A stretch of 64,000 nt of DNA from Callorhinchus milii (taxonomy: Eukaryota): assembly GCF_018977255.1 (NCBI RefSeq), contig NW_024704742.1, forward strand, positions 99,698,001 to 99,762,000, read 5' to 3'. Below are positions 39,740-52,219 of the stretch, piece by piece (the first letter of the stretch is position 1; every line of letters starts with the position of its first letter). A program made the translations under genes and the position numbers. The notes under the pieces were generated by a model. The model was not told the origin of the DNA, did no database searches, and worked only from the letters and a program-made list of their open reading frames with translations.

Positions 39740-40100
39740 GAACTACATGAGAGACTTCTTTAAAAATTGATGTAATTATGTATGGTGCTTCACAGGATGG
39801 AGAAACTAAACCCAGAACAATGCTTCCAGATATCATGAGACAGCAGAGCGAGAGGGCACAGTTTAGGGTTTTGAAGGGCAAGTTTAAGGCAGACACCAGG
39901 AAGTTCATTACATACAGGGTCATTTCATTACACTTAGGGCTATTCAACAGCTGGAGTGGGTTACTATGAACTGGGATTGAGGTCAGAACACTGAACTCAT
40001 TTAAGAAGCAGTTTAATGCACTCTGCAAGGTGATAAGGTGGGTATTCTGCAATGATCTGATCAAACGGGCTGAAGACCCTTCTTTATCTCATCCTCTCTT
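39740..40100 (+). mobile_element. CR1-like LINE 3' fragment
   Basis: RVLKGKFKADTRK...FNSWSGL...SFKKQ; 3' end similar to 49420-49700 and 53935-54425. Confidence 0.7.
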
Positions 40101-41999
40101 GTAATTGTATGGATTCAATACAGCATGAAGTGTTCTCCTTAATGGGAGGAGGAGGAGGAAGGAAGGTGTAAAACATGGAACTGGGCTTCTTTAGATGATC
40201 AGTTGTCTAAATCCTAAATGGTCCATAATGTTTACTGCTTCATGTGCTGTTGATTGGGCTATTCCTTTCCCACTGTTTGCTCCTATTCAACTAACTGAAC
40301 AAGAGCGGGTATGAAAAAACAAAAGTGAGAGAACACGAGAGAGTGAGACAGTGAGCAGGACAGGAATGAAACAAAACCCAGCAAGACAGGCAAAATTATA
40401 CATAGAAATTATTCTTAGGGGACATTACATTTTCACAGTTCTTGGTACTTTGAATTTTATACCTGTTGTGTTTGCAAAGCTTGAAATTAATTAACTAATA
40501 AAGGATTAATTAGACTGCTTCTAAAATCCCGAGCTCAACGACGCTATAAGATATGCTGATGGGAATGTCTCTCTCCCTCTCTCCTGGATGAGCAAGACCC
40601 TACTGGTATAAATAAGGCAGTCATGCTGGGTCATAAAACTAATTGTGTTTCTTGGTGGTGAAAATTCTCAATTTCCGAATGCAAGCACTGCTGAATGATA
40701 GATGAATGTTAGAAATGCAGCACCTAGTGCTCCTTCATCTCTGTCAGTGAATATTTATTCTGACTGAGCCTCTAAATTATTAATTTTCTTTCGAGGCAAT
40801 CAGTATTAAGGTTCTGATGTGCATTGTGACATTTTTAGTCGCACTTATGTTTAACTGGCTGTGAATAAAGGTCACTTGGTTACTCCCTGCTGCTTTTAAG
40901 GCCCTTTCCTAATTAATTCTCAACACGGCTTCTTCATGTGATTATAAGTTGCATCCAAGAAACGCAATTAATTGCACTCAGTGCCTCAGATTTACTTAAT
41001 GCAGCTGTATGAATGATCTGAATTTGGTTGTTTAATGTGAGAAAGAAAGAATGGGCCTTAAAGCTGCAAGATTTATTTTTCTTCTTCTGCATACCTTTGT
41101 GTGTCAAACCTCATTAGTTTGTTTTAAAATGATAAAGCATTCCTCCAACAAGCCAGTCCCCAATACCTTTCTCCTCCACAGTTCTGTTTTGCTTAATTTA
41201 TTTTTTAACGCACGCAAGTTCAATATGTATGTCACTTGGAGCAATTACAAATATTTGACTGTGTAATATCATCCTCATTTTCTTCATTCTAGCTCTTCGC
41301 TGCACTGTAAGAGACTTTAATATTTGTAGATGCCTTTTTTCCCCAAAATACCGTATATAAAATGCAGGGGACCTTTGCTGCATTCAGATTGGATCTGCAA
41401 GCAGCCTGATTATCGTCTGGTGCTGATAGCTACCAATAAGGACTCAGACAGACTTTCTAGAAAGTTAAGTAGATTTAATTTATATGCGCCTCTGAATTAA
41501 TTCGTATTGTCATTTTTTTTTAAAAGGACGCTCAAAACTTTTATCATCAAGATTAAAAAAAAGTCAAGCCCATCTAATTTCTCAATTGAACCATTCTTTG
41601 TCCCCAGAATAGTATTCTCTTTATTATTGAGTTTAATCTTTCATCTTCAAATCTAATCTCTTGTTGAAAGATCATTTAAACCTGTATTCATCGGTGCGTC
41701 CATACACACACGTGGATCCAGACTATTCCAATGTTATATTTTAGCTTTTTTTTAATACTTTTTGAATTGTGAATGAAACAAGTTTCAGGTAGAAACTCCA
41801 CGTGGGTCCAGATTTATTCTATTAACGAGACATTTCAGAGCTCCCGGAATTTGTCAAATTCTTAAGGACAGTCATTTATTGTGAGGCTGGTTTCTGTAAA
41901 TTATTTTAAGAAACCACAGAAAATAGGTAAAACGGAAATTAACAATTTGCCAAATTCTGCACTCTGAAATGCTTTATTAAGAGAGTAAATTAATATGCG

Positions 42000-42620
42000 A
42001 GGTGTCACGCCCGCTTCTGAGTCAGAAGTTGTGGTTTAAGCCCAAGGTCCAAGCCCAATAATAATCCCTCCAAAAAAACAAAAACAATAATTAAATTGGT
42101 CATTTTCAATCTACGACTGTTTGTGGGACATTGCTGTGCGCAATTGGCTGCCGTGTTCGCCCACAAATATACAGTCAATTCACTTTACAGTGTGTTCTGT
42201 GAAGCGCTTTGGGACGTCCTCCCGACGTGAAAAGCGCTATATCAAATGCAAGGATTATTATTATTATTATTATTAAGGTCAGGACTCTGAACTCATAGTC
42301 TTGTCTGACACTCCTATTCTGTGCTGGGGAGTGCTCCAATACCATCCTTCAGATAAGACATTAAACCAAGGTCCTGTCTGCCTGTATATGAAGACGGTAA
42401 AGATCCTGTTAGAAAAGGGAAGGGAGTTTTCCTCTGGTGTACTGGCCAAAAATCAGTCATTCATTTCCCGGATGCTGTATGCATAATTGTTGTTGTGTTT
42501 GCCTACAAAATATACAGTAACTAAGTTAACACATTTTACAGTTAATCCTGTGAAGCGCTTTGCGACATCCTCCTGACGTGAAAGGCACTATATCAAATGC
42601 AAGGATTATTTATGATTATT
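42000..42620 (+). mobile_element. Deu-domain SINE interrupted by a younger SINE
   Basis: Head TCTGAGTCAGAAGTTGTGGTTTAAGCCC (42016-42043) resumes at 42275 with AGGACTCTGAACTCATAGTC...GATAAGACATTAAACCAAGGTCCTGTCTGCC and an L2-like tail. Confidence 0.8.
42057..42274 (+). mobile_element. Very young 5'-truncated tRNA-SINE with target-site duplication
   Basis: CpGs intact (GGGACGTCCTCCCGACGTGAAAAGCGC), long pure (ATT)n tail, AAGGTC at 42044-42049 and 42275-42280. Confidence 0.92.
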
Positions 42621-43093
42621 AAATCCAGTCCCCGGTGGAATTTACTCCATTTGTGATTTAATTTTTTTCATGTTTTCCATTGTTGCGTTCATAAGGGAGG
42701 GGAGAGATTTACAATAAATTGTCACATCACATACTGCAAATGTTTCTCCTCTGTTGCAAATTATACATAATCCTAGCAAATTTAGTTCTAGAATATGTTA
42801 AAATTTTAAAATGATATTCATTATTTTCATGTTGCTGAAAATTGTGCCTTTTGACCCAAGAGTAACTGCTCCAAGAATCTGTCACAGGAAAATATTTACA
42901 ATTGAAAGGTGAAGAATGGTTGCAATTTATAATAATCCTTGTATTTAGTATAGCACCTTATCATATCGTTGAGATGTCTCAAAGCGCTTCACACGATTTT
43001 ACCGTGAAGTTTACTGACTGTGTATTTGTAGGCAAAATAATATTGTTCATACTTGCTTGGTGGCTTACGGTTTTGTCAGGTATTAACATGTAA

Positions 43094-43306
43094 GGCCCAA
43101 AAATCTTGGAAACAAGTTTATATCCACTACCATTTTAATCTGAATGGATCAAAGAAGGGTAAATTCAGATTTAGATCCATAAATCAGAAATTTCTATTTC
43201 TATTCTCAAGAATAGTTTGTATTAAAATTTAAGATTGTGCAGAATTGTGGATAATTCTTAAATTGAGTCTTAATTTTGAAAGCATTTCTTTGTGAGGTTT
43301 CAGGCC
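43094..43306. mobile_element. MITE-like element with GGCC termini (same family as 5662-5851)
   Basis: TAA-GGCCCAAAAATC...GGTTTCAGGCC-TCA. The internal AAGATTGTGCAGAATTGTGGATAATTCTTAAATTGAGTCTT is the reverse complement of ~50-105 and resembles 5708-5745. Confidence 0.5.
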
Positions 43307-43813
43307 TCAGATTTTGTCCTAAAGGATCTTGACCTAAAGGGAAATGGGGGCATATACATCTGCTCCGGGAACAGGATCTGCTTTTATATGTTAAAGGAAC
43401 TCTGTAGCCCTTTTAGAGACGGCTCAGTACATTCAGTTCCTGAAACAGCCAAGAAAAGCCTGTTTGTAAATCTGTTTCCAGTGCACCACTTTGTGATACA
43501 TCAGGTAGCTATTGGTGCAAACTACTGCAAAGCAGGTTCTTTGTTTATTTTTTAACAAGCAGTTGATTAATTATTTTTAGCACAGATATAATCAGTTAAG
43601 TGATCACATCATTGCACAAACTTTGTTTACAGCCCTTAAAATAACACTGCCCCCTCCCCCTTATAGTTCGGGTTTCTTCTGTACTGGTTGACCTGATCTA
43701 TTTCTTGAATTCGGTCTGAAGGGGAAATATATTTTGAAAAAGGAGAAGATAGTACACGTCTCTAAGTGGATGCAACTGTTCAAGTTACAAGTTCAAGTAC
43801 TTCAAATGACATT

Positions 43814-44132
43814 TCCAGGGCCTTGGGACGTCCTCCTGACGTGAAAGGCGCTTTATAAATGGAATCTTGTTGTTGTTGTTGTTATTGTCCTCGCGACTCG
43901 AAAGGCTCTACACAAATGTAATATGTTGTTGTTGGTGTTGACATCGAGCCAAAGAGAAATGGGAGGTTACCATAGACACGCTGGAAGAGGAAGGTCTTCA
44001 GGTGTGATCTAGAGATAATATAATAATAATATAATAATAATCCTTGCATTTGATATAGCACTTTTCACGTCTTCTCGATATCTCAAAGTGCTTCACAGAA
44101 TATGCTGTAAAGTGAATTGACTGTATATTTGT
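43814..44132 (-). repeat. Inverted duplicate of 46598-46856 (SINE tail + spacer + L2 tail junction) carrying an extra L2-tail insert
   Basis: Near base-for-base reverse-complement match, including the non-SINE spacer GACATCGAGCCAAAGAGAAATGGGAGGTTACCATAGACACGCT..AAGAGGAAGGTCTTCAGGTGTGATCTAGAGA. Confidence 0.93.
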
Positions 44133-44207
44133 ATAAATGAAAACTCAAAGTGCTTCACAGAATATGCTGTAAAGTGAATTGACTGTATATTTGTATAAAT
44201 GAAAACT
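44082..44207. repeat. Perfect 62-bp tandem duplication
   Basis: CTCAAAGTGCTTCACAGAATATGCTGTAAAGTGAATTGACTGTATATTTGTATAAATGAAAA at 44082 and 44144. Confidence 0.95.
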
Positions 44208-45595
44208 AACCTGGGGTTTTAAGTGAATAATCTTTGAGCAAGATTCAAGGAAAGAATTTGAGTATCTTAAACTGTGAAACTGTAGCAAATACTTAGTGAC
44301 CCTAACAAATCTAAATTTGTTTTGTTCATAGAGGAATGTAGACTGCTTCATTGTTTAAATCTCCTATTGTGAACCATCTCAAGGTTAGGTTTAAAGCAGC
44401 TTGATGTGAATCATTTCTCCTGCCCTATGTGCATACAGATAAATTGGTTTCAAATCTCTAGTTTGTACAGTGTGGTACGTTAACTGACAAAACTATTCAT
44501 GCGTTCCCTAAGACTAGCTAATAGTTTCTATTTCTTTCCTCCCTATTATAGGAAGTGCAAAGCCTGCTTGCTCAAGCTCGCTGGGGAACGTGATAGATTT
44601 CTCAAGTTACTATCTGATATTCAGCAGTAAATGCAGAGGAAACAGCTCACAGGCAGAGGAGAAAGGTCCAAGCGCTGCTTGCATGCAAAACCTGCTGTGG
44701 GGCATTTGCGCCCTGAATAGCACCACCCATTTCATAATTAATGTGCAAGTCTGAATGAGAATTTTATAACAGAAAAGCATTGTCTTTGACACAATGCCTT
44801 CTAATAAAATGTCCCTCAGAGGGCTTAAAAAAATCTCTATCGCTCCTTTGTGAAGTTTGTAGGCAACACCTCTTGGCCTGAGCCCAATCAATCATTTTGC
44901 TGCATTCTTCATCATTCCCTGAGCCTCTCACTGCTAATAGTTATGGAGTATTGTGCACTGTGTTAGTCAACCCTGTATGTGCTTTCCTAAGGCTCAATAC
45001 ACAGATGAGTCATTAACCTGAGTACTAGCCTTCATCAGCTAAATTAATGTAATCTCATGGCAACCTCAGAGGTTTGGTTAATAACCTGATTGGTTGCAGA
45101 ATCACTTAGATTGAGAAAAACACTGTGTCTTTTGTCAAGTGGTTTAAGAAACACTCGACCCTCAAAAGCATCATGTGTCTGTATTCTGCAAAACCTCTTT
45201 GTTTATTTCAGTCTGACCATTTCTATATTTGGATATGATGTTCTCTTAAAGGAGCACTAGCTTCATTCATTTTGCCATGATTTTCGTTTGTGTGTTTGCT
45301 AAAGCAGCTTTCAAGAGCGTAAATGGCATCAACATAAATGCTCTTATTCCTTGTATATGCCGATTTGATGATGGAATGTTTTTTCTAGTTAGAAAAAGGC
45401 GAGCAGAGCAGCTGATTTGACCACAGCAGCGTCCCTCAAACAGCGATGAAGTTAATGACCAGTTTTATCGCTCCAATATAGTCTCAGTTTAATATCTGAA
45501 CCAGAGTACCGCACCTCTGACAATGCAGCATTCCCCGGCACTACAGTGGACTATCAGATTCGACTCTTTTGTAACCTGCCAAATCTGTAATGTCT

Positions 45596-46016
45596 GACAT
45601 TCACAAAAGCAACTATTGTGATTTCTAAAAGCGACGACAACAACAACAACTTGCATTTATATAGTGCACATCACAATGGGTAGTGTCCCAAAGCACTTAA
45701 TAGGAGTGACAGGCTCATAAATTCAAGTACCCAGAGCTGCAGAGTTCTGGATGGTCTGCACTTTGTGCAGGGAAGAATAATTGAATACTAGGATTTAACA
45801 CCTTATATCCTGTCATATCAGATAGGAAATCAGATAGTGTTTTCCACATGAGTTGTTAACCCATCCCTCAATTTGGACTCCAATTGAGCGTCGGGTTAAC
45901 TTTGTGCTTTTGTGGGACAATCACAAAAGCAGCTAATCGTGATTTCTAAAAACGACAACAACAACTTGCATTGATATAGCGCCTCTCACGCAGGAGAGAG
46001 AACCAGAGTGCTTAAT
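45596..46016. repeat. Two diverged ~100-bp direct repeats 320 bp apart (flank + reverse L2 tail)
   Basis: GACA(T/A)TCACAAAAGCA(A/G)CTA...GTGATTTCTAAAA.CGAC(AAC)nTTGCATT at 45596 and 45916. Confidence 0.75.
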
Positions 46017-46391
46017 GGGGATTCCACATGGAATCGGATCCAAGATTAAAATAAATCAGCAGAATCCAAACATTGCCTGAATAGCTCAGACCATCAGAGG
46101 GCTACTCACGTGACAGTAAATGTTGGTCCTATGGTAGGGTTTGATCCAAGTTCTACAAAGCTATATCTTTGGTCATTAAACATCTGGGAGACTGTGTGTT
46201 CACGTCTCATTTATTTCAGTCCATACCTGTGATGAAAAAGCAGAGCGGAACATTTTATGAATTTTTAAGCCAGGCCCTGGACCCGGTCTTTCATGGATTG
46301 AGGAAGTAAATAAAAGAGAGAGAGATGACATCACCTTTTATTGGAACTCCCTACTTTAATCCTTCCACCTTGCCTTCTCTTTGCCCATCTT

Positions 46392-46711
46392 GTGGACTCC
46401 TATAACTCAGTGGTTAGAGCACTCGCCTTGCAAGCGAGACACCTGGGCTCAATTCCAGGCAAAACCTTGGGCAAGTTTCCTTACTCCACACACCTAATAA
46501 TGATCCCTCCAAAACAAAACAATAATAAATTGGTCATTTTCAATCCACGACTGTTTGTGGGACACTGCTGTACGCAAATGGCTGCCGCATTTCGCCCACA
46601 AATATACAGTCAATTCACTTTACAGCATATTCTGTGAAGCACTTTGAGTTGTCGAGAAGACGTGAAAAGTGCTATATCAAATGCAAGGATTATTATTATA
46701 TTATTATATTA
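46392..46711 (+). mobile_element. Full-length tRNA-derived SINE
   Basis: GTGGACTCCTATAACTCAGTGGTTAGAGCACTCG head, standard body, ATT-rich tail. Confidence 0.93.
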
Positions 46712-46784
46712 TCTCTAGATCACACCTGAAGACCTTCCTCTTCTAGCGTGTCTATGGTAACCTCCCATTTCTCTTTGGCTCGAT

Positions 46785-47115
46785 GTCAACACCAAAAACA
46801 ACATATTACATCTGTGTAGAGCCTTGCGCGTCGCGAGGATGTCCCAAGGCCCTGGACAGTCAGGGATTTGGACCCGAGAAGGGATTGGTATCAGGAGGGA
46901 TGGAGTGGAGAGAGGGTAGGGGTAGGAGGGTGGCTGAATGGTTGAAGAGGAGGGTTTTGAGATGTGCCTTGAAGGAGGCAAGGGAGGGAGCAAGATGAAG
47001 GGACGGTGGGATGGAATTCCAAAGGGTGGGGATGGAGAGGTTAAAGGCCTGACTGCCAATAGTCGGACGGGCTGGGTGGGGCACGTGGAGCCTGCTGAGT
47101 GAAGGGAGTGGCCAG
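46785..47115 (-). mobile_element. L2 LINE 3' fragment
   Basis: ORF 46860-47138 contains TLWNSIPPSLHLAPSLASFKAHLKTLLF; L2 stem-loop tail at 46790-46856. Confidence 0.88.
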
Positions 47116-49419
47116 GTTGTTATGTCATTGTTAATCACTCCGAGGCACTACCCCGCTTGAAGGTTGCATTTATTATTTGTATTGAATTGCTAGCCGTACT
47201 CTGTGATGGTGAAGGTAAAATGATGCCAATGGCAGCTTTGCAGAAATCTGGAGTTAAACTTGCTCTTGTTCTTAGCTGAAAAAACACATTGTCGAACGAT
47301 AGCCTAAAAAGACAAAATGGAGAAAATATAAAAATGATGAATAGAAGGAGGAATTGGAATTTCTTAATGGAATTCTTTAAGAAATTCCAATGAGCTTCTG
47401 GGAACTGCATTCCAGGAAATGGGTTGGAGCTGAGTTCCTGCAGATTAGTATGATGGAATTCTGGTCAGGTTACCAGAACGAGTCAATGTCTGTATAAGTT
47501 GGATATTTTTTTAAAAATCCAGTTAGCAGTGTTGCGTTTTAGACTCTGAGCTCACCATACCCAATGATATTATGCCAATATGTGTGTTTGTCCACCAGTG
47601 AGAATAGGTTAAAAAGTAATTAGATTTGCCTAACATTTACAAGGGTAAGGTTTATTTTACAGATTATATCTCTGTATACAAGCCTACCCACAGATGTATT
47701 AAAACCAGATCAAACCTCACCTTTGTAAACAAAGTCTGACTGTCTATTCCCACAGGCCATGACCGGTTCCCATACCAAGCTATAAAAAGGGCACAGTCCG
47801 ACTCTATGCATTCAGATAGGAAATATGTTATTCGTAAGACAATGAAATACATGATAGTCATTATCTTTGTATTTAACCTTTCCTTCTGCAGTTTGTTCTC
47901 CTCTCAAAGACCTTCAAACAATCAGCTGAACTAATAGTGCCAAATGTTGTCCTTGGAACATGAAGAAAAAGAACTTTGTTCTACATCTATCTAACCTCTA
48001 CTACCTTGGCAGCAGCTGGTCTTTGTAGGAAAAACACTGTTTGGATAAATTAGCATGACTGAGAGGCAGCAAGGATCCCCTGAGTCACTCAGGCAATATT
48101 TTGATTTGTGCTGATTTGTTTTAAAGAATGGACTGAGTTCCTCTGGTGTCTCAGTGGCGAATGCACCTCATGACGTTTTACTGAGCCATAGAGACCAAGA
48201 AAGCCACAGGCCTATCCCCTTGGGAGTCTACCATATTCTATGACTAATAAAAATAGTGATTTTCTTTCACTGTTTCTTTATAATGGGATTTAACGGAAAA
48301 AGATTGCTATTTTAGTGATTAATGTGCACAACACCCTCTGGTCTGTTCCAAGTCAGTTCATCACAGCTGGGATATCGGTTGGAGCACTACACTTGGCTTA
48401 ACATCCCCAAGAGTTGGAAGGGGGAACAATCAGTAAGGTTTTTTAATCTGGATTGTTATCCATTGATCCCAATTGGAAAACCCCTGTGGAAAATGGATGA
48501 GCACATCATAGGACATCTCTATAATCAAACACGTCTCAAATGTGCACAGTTCAGGCTCACACAAGGATCATAATAATAATCCTTCTGATTGACATAGTGC
48601 CTTACCATCGCATCGAAATGTCTCAAAACACTTCATAGGACTTTCCTTTGAATTCCCATGAAAATTTTTTTTTATGAATGCAAAAAAAAGCTTCCAAATT
48701 AGGTCTGAATTTAACAATTTTCCAAAATGTTGCTGTGCCGTCTTAAAGTTTAAGACACTACGGTCTTACAGGTTGAGAGCAGGTGGAATTTGAGTCTTCA
48801 AGAAAGAGTGGAAGAAAAGAGGAGTAAAAATGCAACATGCAATGTGATGATTAGCACCGATGACAATTATCATATCGCTGAAGAGTAAGATACAGACATA
48901 TTCTTAATTATTGACAAGCCTGGGAGAGAACTTGTCTAACCCCTGACATTGTTACATAATGGTTTTGCACAAAGCTAGCTGATGCCTCCCCAGCCCGCCA
49001 TCTTGCTTTGTAGATCTTTCTTTCTGCTGCACAGAATACTCAATGAGAGTTTGGCTGATAATGCCTACAGAGGAACTGAAAGACAGCGATCAAGGGCGGC
49101 AACAATGAAAATCACAGTGGTTGGAGGCATTGGGCCAAATGTTATGAGGAGATTGGCGGGGGGGAACGGACTTGTGATCACTCCCAAACCTGTCGGTAAC
49201 TAAAGCCAGGTTTGGATTTGTCTTTGATGATGTGATAATTACATTATGTATTTCACTCCAGAGAAGCTTGCAGACTTATATTAAAAAGATTTCCTGTAAC
49301 AGGAGTTGAATTAGTCAGTGTATTTACAGTCTAAGTAATTTTGCCATCTAAATCCTACTGAGCAGCAACTGTCACTTTCAATAATGAGGGTAAATTCAGT
49401 TCAGCTATACCAAGGCAGC

Positions 49420-49700
49420 ACAGCAAGAAGTCACAAGGTCGTGAAAGGAAAGTTTAGGACAGATGCCAGGAAGTATTTTTTAACAGAGAAGGTAATGAAC
49501 AGCTGGAATGGATTGCCAGGAAGGGTAATTGAGATCAGCACACTGCAGTCATGTGAGAAATAGCTTAAAGCTTTAAGTGCTCCGAGACACTACTGAAGGG
49601 AGCTATATAAATGTAAGTTGTTGTTGATGATGCTGTAATGGGAGGAAGAAAAGGTTGGAATTTCTGGAAGGATGAGATCAATGAGCCTTCCTCATCCTTA
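49420..49700 (+). mobile_element. CR1-like 3' fragment interrupted by a short L2 tail (~49572-49628)
   Basis: VKGKFRTDARKYF...VMNSWNGLPGRVIE; the insert ends GCTATATAAATGTAAG(TTG)n; CR1 3' end GGAAGGATGAGATCAA...CCTTCCTCATCC. Confidence 0.75.
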
Positions 49701-50264
49701 TGAACCTTTCAGTGGTGTTACCACCAAGCCCCATTTGCTGATTTCGATCGGATACAGCACTAAATGCTTGGTCTTCTGAGTTTAAAATGCACTTAGGATG
49801 AGAATGCATTAAGTGGATCATTTTTCATTATTTTATTTCATTTTAAAGCACTTCTAACCACCGGCTGTTTGAGGGACTTTGCTATGTGCAAACTGCCTGG
49901 AGCGTTTGTCTACAAATACATAGTCACTACACATTGCAGCAAAATCATGTGAAGCTCCTTAAGACATCTTGATGATGTGATAAAGTAGTATATCAAATGC
50001 AAGGATTATTATTTTCTACAACCAGCACTGTAAATTATATTGAAACTAAATTATTATCAAAGACAATGTTTCGATTTCCTTCTTCAATATGAAAAATAAC
50101 TGTTTTGATGGATGACAATTTTGTGCCTATGTTTTCTGGCACTGTCATTAATCCATACTGTAACAAACACCAATATTCTGTACCACTACAACATGGAAAA
50201 GCTTCCCAAAAATTAATGTATATTTCAACAGGTATAAGGTACCTCCAACATGAATCTGTTATTC

Positions 50265-50560
50265 ATAATAAGTCTTACATATGATATTGTGTCTATAATG
50301 TTGATATGACCCAAAGTGCTTCACAGTGAATCAGTGATTGTGTATTATTAACCGAACCTGGCAGCCAATTTGCACAAAGCATTGTCCCATAAACAGCCAT
50401 GACATGAATGATCAATTAATCTGGAGGATTGTTGTCCAGGAAACTGGGCGAAATTCCCGCCTCATTTTGAATAGTGCCATAGGATCTTAACTTCCAGCTG
50501 AACAGGCAGATGTGGTCTTGGTTTAATAGTTCACCTGAAGGACAGCACTTCTGACAATTA
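50265..50560 (-). mobile_element. Deu-domain SINE, decayed
   Basis: AATAGTGCCATAGGATCTTAAC...CTGAACAGGCAGA...GGTTTAA...GGACAGCACTTCTGACAAT is the reverse complement of the Deu core. Confidence 0.75.
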
Positions 50561-51099
50561 AAGCAGGATATAGATAAGTTATTCAAGACAGACAAATGAC
50601 CTTACACAATTTTATAGATAAATAAAAACTTTTGTATTTTTAAAAATGTTTATAAATATTTAACTTCGCTCCCTGTTTTACAATAGTGTAAATAAAATGT
50701 AATTGCAGAGCAATGCAGGACATGCATATATGTGAAACCAAGCATGCCCTATCATTATGGACAAATGTATTGGAAATATTGAGGAATAATACATTTTTAC
50801 AGTAAAATATTTTCTATTTGCAGAATTTACAACAAAATGTGGCTGCCAGACTTTGAAAGGAGCCATGATTTGATTTATATTTTATAGCTCACATTCTGGA
50901 GGGAAATGTGACACAGCATAGTGGATTTGGAAGGTGTCCTGCCAAATGTTGCAGAATGTCCTTCAAAGGACTTGAGGGAGATCTGAACAGTAATTTGCCT
51001 GAGCCTTGAGGTTGCTGGTTCATGACCAGTGTGCTGAGTGGACTCACTATGTAGCCAGCGTTCTCTGCCAACTGTGCCCAGCCAAATTACATAAGGTTC

Positions 51100-51680
51100 T
51101 TTTTTGGGGAGTCAGCCGGATGTCTGACACATGCAGAAACCCATCACTAATGCTTAACAGTATCCAAACCAAGTTGAGATTTTCATGCCTCTCACTTACA
51201 CATGGAAATCTCAGAGATAGATTGTTGGAATGGAATTCCCACTCTCTCCCTGGAGGGATGCATCCTGCTTACTTAATTCTGGGAAGTATTAGGCTCAGGT
51301 TGGCAAGAGCCGAGGCTTGGGGACCCAGAATGTGTGTTGGGGTACTACAGGAGTCTAACCAGCTAAAACTTTGTAGCTTACCATTGATATTCTTATCCGG
51401 CAAGTTTTCCCACTGCTTGTCCAGCTAGGACCGCCGTATCCATTGGGCTTTGGCTTGCAGGGTTAACAGGAGCTGAGTGGGATGACTCCCTGCCCCCAGT
51501 GACTGGTCTACCCTTCACAAGTTCTGCCGATGAGCCAGGCTGGCTGGCTGTGCTGTCATCAGCAGTGCCCTGGAATACTGCAGATCAGCCTGGCTCAGGA
51601 ACCAGACTACCAAGACCACCACAGAAGGCTGGCTTGATTCACCTTTCACCTTGGAGCCAGTTCAGCTCCAAGGATACCCC
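51100..51680 (-). repeat. Unclassified dispersed repeat, apparently full-length (copy 3 of 5)
   Basis: The reverse complement aligns end-to-end with 54880-55450; T-run at 51100-51105; hairpin CCTTGGAGC/GCTCCAAGG at 51649-51673. Confidence 0.85.
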
Positions 51681-52219
51681 ACGTACTACCACCCCCATTG
51701 ACGAAGTCCTGAAGTGTTGTCATACCACTTTGATGCCAAAACCAGACTTTTCGGGTATTTTGAATGGCTTTGAGCTATCAGGCAAGTGTGGTTCTTCAGA
51801 ATGTGCCTGTATGGAAGTGCTGTTGAAAGGTTAGAATCTGTCATATGTAACTGATATGTCTTTGTGACTGTGATACCACATTATCTGGCTTCCATTATAC
51901 AATCCAGAAAAGGTCCAGTGAAAGATGCATTCCCACTTTGGCTGCACGGTAACATGAAATGATCCCTTGTTTTCAGAGCTTCCGATCATCAGAAATGCCA
52001 CAGTTTTGACATAAGTCAATGGATGTGGATGATATTTAACACAAGATGAAAAGGTTAAAAATCACAAAGTTTTGCAAATTTTACTCATAAAAAATATTTT
52101 ATGTTAAATTGTCCATTGCAATAAGATTTTTTCAAATTGAGTTTAGTCTTTGCAAACAAAGCAATAAGAGACAAAAATCATTTATACACGGATTTGAAAG
52201 AATTTATTGTGGGATAAAA

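Noticed and set aside
48982..49203. ORF/exon with MKITVVGGIG resembling a Rossmann-fold start, bounded by CAG and GTAACT
   Set aside because: The GxGxxG pattern is incomplete, the frame stops about 30 codons later, the donor is weak, and no partner exons are evident
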